Part shown: in pieces, positions 10,137 through 19,014 of the stretch
Layout: each line of letters opens with the position of its first letter
How positions within the stretch are numbered: the stretch's first letter is position 1
NCBI GenBank assembly: GCA_001687465.1
Contig: LVLI01000121.1
Coordinates: 49,280 to 69,279, forward strand
Reading direction: 5' to 3'
Length of the DNA stretch: 20,000 bases
Origin: Halocafeteria seosinensis
Taxonomy: Eukaryota
Made by a program: the position numbers and the translations under genes
Notes under the pieces: generated by a model
Database searches by the model: none
Told to the model about the DNA's origin: nothing
What the model saw: the letters and a program-made list of their open reading frames with translations, nothing else

Positions 10137-13100
10137 ATGGCAACCCAGGGTGATAACGACGAAGTCCCCCCTCCTCCACCGCCTCCGCCGGCAGAAAGTG
10201 GTGAGANCAAACAGCAGGAACCACCGGCGCCACCACCCCCCACGGAGGAAGAAGATGCTCCTCCCCCTCCTCCTCCTCCTGCCTCTTCCGGGGGCGATGA
10301 GCAGCAGTCACAGAAGGACGATTCGGGCAATGCTGCCCCCACTTCCGGCGCTGCCAAGGAGGGAGCCCAGGAGGGAGAAGAGAGTGGAGAGAAAAAGAAA
10401 GTCAAAAAGAAAAAAAAGAGCTCCACCACGGCCTCGACCACCAAGAAAACAAAACGGAAGTCGTCCAAGAGCACAACCGGAGAATCGAAAAAGAAGGACA
10501 GCGACGGTGAAGATGGGGAACTCGATCTGTCTAAAATGAGCCGGATGAATAAATCTCCCATGGCTCGCTTGAGTCAAAAATCGCGCCCGGAAACAGATGG
10601 TGAGACTTTTGACGTTGGAGTGGAGAAGGAAGTAGTAGAAGTGAGACAAGGAGAAGAAGGGCAAGAAGCTACCAGTGAAGTCATTTCGCGCGAGGTCGTG
10701 GATAAAAACGAAGTACAGCAGCAAGAAGACGAACATGCGGTGACCAATGAAGCTACCTCCGAAGAAGCAGCAGCCACAACCGAGCAGCAGAGTGAAACTG
10801 AAGCTGAAGCGACTTACGTCTCCTCTCCCGAGGGCAAAGGCACCGCCACAACAACAGCTGATGCGACCGTCGGTGAGCATGCTTCTGCCACGGCGGGGAC
10901 TTGCTCCACTGGCACGCGAACAGCTGAACATACACCGCCACAATCTACTACCGGTACGGGCGAAGCGACGAACATTGATTCCTCTGCTACAGCAAATACG
11001 GAGAGCATAAATACGAACACCGAAGCTGAGCATGAAGCAACAGCAATCGACCATGGGGAAGCAGACGACGCCGGAGGCGTCGAAGCGACCCATGAGAATG
11101 GTGAGTCGGGTTCGCCACAGGGAACACCGGAAGACACAGTCACAGGAGACGAAGAGCAAAACGAGAGCGATGAGAGTTCCGGCGAAGACAGTGACGAAGC
11201 CGAAGTAGATGCGAAACTGCACGTCAAATCGGCTGCTCAAATTGCCGCCGAAGCTGGAATACCTCGCTTCCAAGAACATGCCACAATGGTTCCTTCCCAG
11301 GAGGATGAACAACGCGTATGTGTGAATGACTATGAGCTGTTGTCACTTTTAGGGAAAGGCGCGTATGCCGAAGTGATCCTAGCACGTCATCGACCCTCTG
11401 GGATTTTGACGGTAAGTCTAAACATAAACAGGAATAAGTTGCGTGGCTTTAAATGTATAGACTCTACCTAGCATTCTTACAGGCTATTAAGTGCTTCAGC
11501 AAGAGCGCACTGACGAAGAAACGGAACGTGCACAGGGACTCTGATACCGGAGATCTGAAGGTGATCACTGCCCTTGACAAAGTAGAAAATGAAGTGTCTA
11601 TCCTGCAAAAATTGGACCATCCCCATGTTGTTGGTCTGCTGAGTGCAATTGATGATCCGAATAGCGACGACTTATACTATGGTATGTATTTCTATTGCCA
11701 ATAGTACCCAGGACGGGTCATCCATTGTAGATGATAAGATGTCGTTGCGGGGCGCAGTTCTTGAGTTCGCTGACGCGGGATCCTTGATGCGATGGGATGA
11801 CGAAAAAAGCCGCTATGTAGTACACAATTCAGAAATGGGTACTGAAGATATGTCTATTCCAGAGTCTCTAGCGAGTGTCGTTGTGTATGATATTGCTTTG
11901 GCACTGAAATACTGTATGTGGCACTTTTCATCGGGTTTGGCCTTTGGGGTTACTGTATCTGCCCGGTCTTTCAATTTTTTGCTTGTGCTAAGCAGGCCAA
12001 TCGAAAGGAGTGGTTCATCGAGATGTGAAACCAGATAATATTTTGCTCACCTCCAATGGAATCGCCAAGCTTGCGGACTTCGGAGTGTCGTTTGACCGTT
12101 ATGGAGTAGACTTGGAGACTATGACTGAACAAGCTCGGCTTGAAATTCAGGAATCACGAAACAGCAGGAAGCAAGAAAATGGTGAAGAAGCAGATGAGGA
12201 GGACGAAGAGGAAGCAATCCAAAGAGCAACTGAAGCTCAACTACTGCGGTCTCTATCTCATGATGGTACGGGTCAGGAAACAGGGGATGGGTCTATAGAG
12301 GTTACGGGAACAGAGGGGACTTTCCACTTCGTCTCCCCCGAAGCGTGTTCCAGTACGTTGTTTCTTGTGCCCGTAGCTTGCCATGGTATCCTACAAATAC
12401 GGCTTTTGCAGACTCCAAATATGACGGTTGCGCTGCCGACATGTGGGCTCTTGGATGCACACTTTATGCAATGGTGTTTGGAACGTTGCCCTTCGGGGCT
12501 GATGCAGAAGGCCCCATCGAATTATTTGACGCGATCGAACAAGACAGGTATGTTAAGTCTTGCATGTGCGTACTGGTTTCCTTGGAATAGACTCCAGCAC
12601 TAACGGGATACGTTTCCGTCGCAGCCTACCGGAATGGCCCAAAGATGTGTCAGATGATCTGAAGGATATGCTTTCGCAGCTACTGGCAAAGTCTCCGAGT
12701 GAGCGTCTGACGGTTGATGGTGTACTCAGCCATCCCTGGTTGAAGCAAGTTCAAGAGTCCGCACGACCTGAGCTTCCCCCGACAGATGTCAATGCACTCC
12801 AACCATACAAATCACTGAGCATGGTAATGATGCAACAGGAACAACGACGGTCCACCGGTGCTTCTCAGTCAAGTGCCGGACAAGCAGGAGAGGAAAATTC
12901 TTCTGTGGGACATAATCTGGACCCATCGCAGCAGCAGCCAATGAATGACGACCAGCAACAGTTTAATGCCTACCAGCAACCAGAACAACAACCTCCGGGT
13001 GCGTACGGGTACCCGTCCTTCGCGTCTTTCGATTATGGCATTGGGGGAGACTATCCGCCAGAATACCAACCTTGGTATATGCCGATAAAGGAACCTTTTG

Positions 13101-13453
13101 AGTCCCCGGAGATGAATGAGAAGTGGGGTCATGTAATCATCCGTGGCTGGCTTTACAAACGAGGAAGGATGCGCAGATCGTGGAGAAGGAGATACATTGT
13201 CTTGTGTATGAGAAGGGGGCCAAACGGAAGAATGCTTCCTGCTTTGATATATTTCAGAAACGATCAAATAGAGTCTTCTGAAAACATTCTGGGCTCTATG
13301 GAGTTGCAATTCATGACATCGCTAGGGGCTGCACCTAAAGAAGAGAAACCGTATCGCTTTTTTGTCAGCACTCACAAGCGGACTATGTATCTGCAGGCTC
13401 TTTCTGAAGAAGCTAGGGATATGTGGCTGGATTCGTTGCGGGATTTGGAGTGA
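10137..13453 (+). CDS. CaMKK/GRIK(SnAK)-like Ser/Thr protein kinase with Pro-rich, Lys-rich and acidic N-terminal extension and a C-terminal PH domain, ~983 aa. Exons 10137-11411, 11483-11681, 11758-11913, 11996-12352, 12412-12547, 12625-13453
   Basis: Kinase motifs: [40 protein letters not shown]^VLEF (CaMKK-type), [40 protein letters not shown]. Five GT-AG introns (71, 76, 82, 59, 77 nt; CACTAAC branch motif in the last). PH domain: [36 protein letters not shown]. Confidence 0.92.
13133..13450 (+). other. PH domain coding segment at the kinase C-terminus
   Basis: GWLYKRG...WRRRYIVL beta1/beta2 pattern, LIYF, FFV..RTMYLQA, and a terminal helix with the conserved Trp (RDMWLDSL). Confidence 0.88.
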
Positions 13454-13525
13454 GGCTTGTAGGTGCAAGCGTGGAAACGCTAAGGAAATGCATTTGTCTG
13501 GTTGTACCCATCCACTGTGTCATTT

Positions 13526-13531
13526 TTTATT
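13526..13531 (-). terminator. Candidate AATAAA polyadenylation signal of the kinesin gene
   Basis: TTTATT on the + strand, 27 nt beyond the kinesin stop codon, within the 105-bp gap between the two convergent stops. Confidence 0.4.
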
Positions 13532-13558
13532 TTTTTAAAGAAACAAGACACACCGAAA

Positions 13559-16500
13559 CTATAGAAATAGACTACTTTTGTTTCCGAGTTTCGTGCTAGT
13601 CCCTGACGCTGCTGCCTTCGCCTTCTCTTTCGCAGCACTACCCTTTGAAGGCCGCACCAGTGTACTTGTTCGAGCCCTTTTAATCGTTTTCCCCGTCGAA
13701 ACGTTGTTACTACTTACCTCGGTCGACCAGGTAGTATTCCCTGAAGCCATGGTATTGTTGGAACGTTGCTGCAACGGTTGAGTTCGTTTGTCTTTGCTCA
13801 CTCGTTGCCGCTTCAGGGGCTTGGAGGAGGACGCTGATTTATTTTTTTCCGGCTCTACGTTTTCAGCGTTTTCATCTGGTGAGGAGCTGTCAATGGGCTC
13901 CATTTTCTCGGAACGGCCTTTGCTTGAGTTACGACTGCCACGGGAGTCTGTACTTGAACGAGCCCGCTTCTGTTTCTGTCGCCGTTTACCATTAGGTCCA
14001 GCTTCGGGAACCCAATCCTCGTCATCTTCGTCGTCTACTACAGCCATGTCGTCCTCTGAATCTGAAAAGATTTCCTCTACGTCGACGTAGTCATTGGGGT
14101 TTTGTTTGCCTTTGCCTTTATTGCTCTGCTTCTTTTGCTTCGCCTGGCCACTCTCCACCACTGGCTTTTCTTGACGAAGCTTTGTCAGTAATGCCTCCGT
14201 GCGGGATGCTTTATCTTCCGTTTCCTTGATCTTCCGATTTAACTGCTTTATGAGTTCTTCTTTCTTGTGTACTTCTTTACGTAATTCCGCTTTCTGTTCT
14301 TCGTTTTCTTCTAACTTTATATGCATATCCGTAAGACCTTGCAATTCCTTCTGTTGCGAGCTAACCATCTTCCTCAATTGGGATACTTGCTGCTTCAGCG
14401 CTCTATGGCTACTTTCCTCTTTGTTAGAGCCCTCACTTGGTTCAGAAGATTGTTTCAATGCATTGGACATTTCTTCTAACGAAGGCATATCGAAGGTGTT
14501 AGAACTCTGTTGGAGATGAGTGGCTTCGTCCTCCTGGTTATTATTCCCCTCGTTCTCCATTGAGTCGCTATGACACTGCAGGACGTGAATGACCTTCTCC
14601 TCCGCTAACCGGACAGATTCACTAGCTTTGGCGTCACTTTCCAAAGCTTCCCTTCGCTGCTCGTCGACGGTTTCCTCAAGCTCAGAAATTTTTTCTTCGG
14701 CATCCGCCAGTTGCTTTTCGTACTTCTCCTCAGCAGAACTGTAACTATGGCTCAAGCGTATTACAGCCTGAGCAAGCCACCACACAGTTTGGCGGGCTAC
14801 TTTTGGATCAGTAAGAAGTTTTGGCCACTTCTTTCCTTCTGCGCCTTTAGCCCTGACTATGACACCATTATCTATAGCTTCATCGATTTCAGCGAGATTT
14901 TCTTGAATAGAAGAAATTTGGTCCGTCAACTGAGCTGCTTCGTAGACGCAGTTATTTCTCTCTTGCTCCCATCGTTCCTTTGCTTGATCTTCATCAGATT
15001 GGGATCCAGACTGGATGCGTTCTCTGAGAGCCTGCTGACGTTTAGTTAGAGATTTTCCCTCGTTATTTTCAATTGCTTTGAGTTCTTTCTCCGCAGTCCG
15101 CTGACGTTTCATGATTTCTCGACGCTCTTCAAGAAGTTGTTCCTGAGTGTGATGGAGCTTTTCCTTCGTTACCCGAAGACTCATCTCGGAAACTAGAGCA
15201 ACTCTTGCAGCTGCAGGCACACGCTGTGTACTTCCATTTTCCAGCGCTGAAGACATGAACTCATCAGGGATTGCATACGCCCCATCTGCGTCCAGATCTT
15301 GAACGCATTCGTCTTTATTCGCCGATAAGATAGCATTTATTGCAGGATCTACGGTGGTCCCTTCTCTCTTTTGGCCGCGCTTTTGTTGGTTCTGCAACTC
15401 TTTCCGTTGTTCTCGAAGAGTCTTGTGAGCTTGCAAAAGTTCTTCAGTCTTCCGCTTCAGCACAGACTGGGCATTATTTCTTGCATTCTCTAAGCGTCCC
15501 ATCTCAATTTGGTTCTTCCGTCCTTCCTTTTTGAGTCGAGAGAGTTCTTTTTCACGTTCTTTTTGCCGTTGACGGAATTGGTTCGACTCTTCTTTCATCT
15601 TGCGAAGCAGTTGAACCCGGGCCTCCTTCATGGAGGAAACAGTGGCCGCAAGTTCGTCGACGCGGCGGTCACTACTCTCCTTTAGTTTCTTGATGCGCGA
15701 TAATTCCTTGCTCTTGTTTCTCATCTCAGATAACTGTTTCTCACACTCATTGAGTCTTTGCCGCAGCCGGTCTGAGTTATCATTCTTATCACTAGCCTTT
15801 CCAACGTTGTCTAGTTGTTTCTGTAACTCGTCTCTTTCTTGCTCAAGTTTGTGCATTTTCTCTTCCATTTCCTCTGCTTTCCATTGTTGACCATGATGCA
15901 GCACGGACACGCCTGCTTCTGAATCTGCCATTGCATTCATCATCTGCTCCTTCTCATGCAGTGCCCTATTGAGGTGCTGTAACTCTTTTTGCATATTCTT
16001 CTGTTTTGCCATAAATGCTTCTTGTTCCGCATTTTGCTGCTGATCGATGAGTTCAGTTTGCTCATTATCTTCCTCCTCTTTATCCTCGTCAGTATTGTTT
16101 GCATTTGAAGACGTGTTTTCTTGGGGCTTTGTTTCGTTTAGCTTCCTTTCAAGCTCATGTATTCGCTGCGCTTGCTGAGCAATAATATCGTAGTTCTCCT
16201 TGTGCTTACTGGTTCCGTTTTCCTCCGAACCATCCTGGTCTTCCTCCTCATTTCTCTGTTGCGGCTGCATCTGGAGCTTGTACTTAAGCTGATCGCGCTC
16301 AATTTCGGTTTCTACGAGTTGGGCAGCCAGTTTACTGCTGTCTGTAGACGTTGCTTTCAGCTGTTCCTGAAGCTTTCCAATTTGTTTTTTCAGAGCATGA
16401 TTGTAGCGCTCCATTTGGTTAATCCGCTTAACGGCGTCTGTAATTTCTGTATTTTGTCCATCATTTCCAGTAGATGATCCCTCTGACTGCACGGGTGCGG

Positions 16501-17919
16501 AAGACATAAGCTGCTCCTCCAGTCTTCGCATGATTTCTGTATCGGGTACAGAGTCGCCTTCTCTTGAATTATAAGATCCGGGATTGCTTCTTGCCTGTAA
16601 GAGGGCCAGCTGCAATTCCTTCACTTGCTTCTTCAGCGTTGCAACTTCAGCGGCGTTCGGGTCTCTGTTCACTATAGCTTTATTTTGAATGCTTCTAGCT
16701 CTGGCAGCATATCGGAGAGTATTCGTTGTTTCATCATAATTAGCGTCTGCTGGAGAAACGCAAGCAATCATTAACGTTTTGCTGTTTCCTCCAAGCGAAT
16801 CTTGCAACAACCTGGTCAGCTTCGATTCTCTGTATGGGATATGGGAATGAGAACCACCACCCTGTTTCTGTTGCGATTTTTGCTGATCAGCCTGAGAAGA
16901 CAAAGCATTGATTACTTTACCTAGGGCAAGTAATCTGGACAACACGAAAGAAGAGGTACATATTTCGATTTTAGCGTATCGTGGACGAAGTTGCCCTTAC
17001 CCTCGGTTTATGAATACGGCTTCACGGAGTCTTGATCCCTCCGAGTTCGTTTTCTTCTGCCTTTCCGAACCAGCGAGATCAACCAAATGAAGCTTGCTTA
17101 CTGTTGCATCGGAAGCTTCTGGGTCGTTTTTGTCTGCAGCAGGAATCGAGTACTGTAATGTACAACAACTACAAAAGTAGAATGCTCCAACCTACCATGA
17201 ATGGTTTGCTCTAGCAAGATCGTAAAAACAGCATGCGATCGAGAAGACTGCTCATTCATTTTGGTCGATCCAACGCTCCTCGCTGCAACTCCTTTCCGAA
17301 GCTGCTCATACGTTTGCTTTTCCGACTGGACCGCCACCTCTTTGACACCCATGATCGTTTGGCCCCCTTCGGCATTGTCACGGACTTGGATATTTTTTGA
17401 CAGCTTATCGTTATCTTCCAATAGCAGATCATGAATCTGTTCGTTGTACAGCTCGATGTAAGAGCACTTCACGTTGCACGTCCTAGAGTCCTTATTTTCG
17501 TTGATGTGGCGAAACAATTTGGAAACAACCTGGTTGATCACCCCAGGGTTCTTCACTTCCCCTTGAGGGTTATCGACGGCTCCACCACCCATGGTAAACG
17601 TCTTTCCACTTCCTGTCTGCCCATACGCGAACACTGTAGCGTTGTACCCGTTTAACCACGAATTGACGATGGATCCGACTGATTGCTGGAACACTTCCTC
17701 GTTCGTGGACGAGGGCGGAAACGCATGGTCGAAAGTGTATCCTCGATTTTGACCAGAACCAAGGAACACATCCCTGTGGGTTTTTGATACAGTAACGCAC
17801 TCTGTTGACCCGTCTTGCTCTTCGTTGGGAGTGAGAGGTCTAACGCGTATAGCCACTGAGACGGAATGTGATTCGGTCCCCGCCGTCGTCTTCGCTGATT
17901 CTCCCGTTTGTGCATCCAT
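13559..17919 (-). CDS. KIF4: Kinesin-4 family (KIF4/chromokinesin/FRA1-like) N-terminal motor protein, ~1,410 aa. Exons 17919-17196, 17133-17001, 16934-13559
   Basis: Motor motifs [31 protein letters not shown] (P-loop), [13 protein letters not shown] (switch I), [12 protein letters not shown] (switch II, in the 133-nt middle exon), [31 protein letters not shown]. The stalk has the kinesin-4 signature [11 protein letters not shown]...VLKRKTEE. Introns 17195-17134 (62 nt) and 17000-16935 (66 nt). The symbol is family-level only. Confidence 0.93.
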
Positions 17920-18033
17920 TTACTTTCACCAAGAGCACCGGGGTCACACGTCGTGACTTCGTACAAGTACCTGCGTGGAGTAAAAGAGGTATATGTCGCT
18001 ATGAAATGCTCAATAAGGCGGCGTTTTAGCGCT

Positions 18034-18444
18034 TAACGGCAGGGATTCAAATGACGCTTTCCGGTTTATCCATCGATTTCGCCACTTTAGGAATGAACAG
18101 ACCTTTGCTATCCCGTGCACACTTTCATCCACATATTTATCGTTGCCACAATAGATGCGATACGGCCATTAGACCAATGGGAAAGGGAAAGCCCACCAAA
18201 ACGAGGGGAAGGGAGCAAAAAGCGCGCGTGAGTGTGGACCCGGACGTCTTACCTTTAATTACGCCCTCTGTATCGAAGCTTTATTCTTCCGACCACCGTA
18301 ATTCTATCCGCATTGAATTGTATTATATTTTCGTCTCATTACAATACCACTTACCTACTGCATGGGCTTCACTGATGCCATGAAGAGAAAAATAGGATCT
18401 TCAAGAATCCTTAAATCCTTCACAACCGCGCTAGTCGCGCCAAA
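18034..18444 (-). promoter_or_regulatory. Candidate cell-cycle promoter motifs upstream of kinesin-4: MYB/MSA-like TAACGG (18034-18039, +), CHR-like TTTGAAT (18051-18045, -), E2F consensus TTTGGCGC (18444-18437, -)
   Basis: Exact matches to known consensus motifs about 115, 126 and 518 bp upstream of the ATG. The motifs are short, so function is inferred only. Confidence 0.35.
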
Positions 18445-18922
18445 ATCGAACTTCATTATGTGACGGCGTGACGTATATAATAATGCGGCATATTGATTGT
18501 GGGAAACCACAAAGCGAGACTTACCATTTGATGCAAAATTATAGGGAGAATGCGATTCCACGGTCTATCTCATAGATCCTCTATGCAAGGCTCCAGTTCG
18601 TGTACAGTGGGTCTGGGGCCCACTGGGCGAGCGTTGTGCGCAAGGCACCCACCGTTCATCCATCTCTCTGAAAGTCAGGTAGTGAAAGTTTTACGTGTAA
18701 GATAGCATACCATGCTTACTGCAATATACGTTGGTCCTTTGGTTGGTTTTCTTGGTTTCTCTGGTTTCTCGCGTTGCAGTGCGGTTGCACACAGGCACCA
18801 GCTTTTCTTCACTCCAGCGGGGTATGTATGGAGTGCCCCATGGGCAGCATTCTTTCCCACCACACTCCATGGTACAGCTCTGAAAGAGTATGAACGATTT
18901 GTAGTGCGTAAATCCTCGGCTA

Positions 18923-19014
18923 TAGGGGTCCGTCAAATCTGTCGGTCCAAAGACGGCTAAAAAAATGACTCATACCTTGACGGAAAGGCGGAGCCGTCCG
19001 ACGGCTGTAACGGC
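18923..19014. repeat. Cluster of short direct and inverted GACGG repeats
   Basis: TCCGTCAA (18929-18936) / TTGACGGA (18977-18984) inverted pair, AGCCGTC-C-GACGGCT palindrome (18992-19006), and another GACGGCT at 18952-18958. Confidence 0.55.

Noticed and set aside
3889..10207. Single N bases at 3889 and 10207
   Set aside because: The frame is preserved across both; they are ambiguous consensus calls, not features.
11101..11191. Cryptic intron from the GTGAGT at 11101 in kinase exon 1
   Set aside because: No frame-preserving CAG acceptor in the 59-84 nt range, and the sequence is purine-rich like the flanking coding DNA.
10121..11312. Long antisense ORFs (334, 146 and 137 aa) opposite kinase exon 1, and similar shadow ORFs opposite the other genes
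   Set aside because: They are by-products of low-complexity or biased coding sequence on the other strand and show no recognisable motifs.
7502..13453. Functional cluster of phospholipase C plus PH-domain kinase
   Set aside because: The NPC-type enzyme has a secretion signal and is not a PI-specific PLC. Adjacency alone in a compact eukaryotic genome is not evidence of a shared pathway.
92..17195. Introner-like (mobile, repeated) introns, given the uniform lengths
   Set aside because: I saw no shared internal sequence, terminal inverted repeats or consistent target-site duplications among the introns.
1690..17919. WD40 gene as the split-off tail of a KIF21-like kinesin
   Set aside because: The genes are on opposite strands and separated by two other genes, and the large insert-rich WD40 protein does not look like the compact KIF21 tail.
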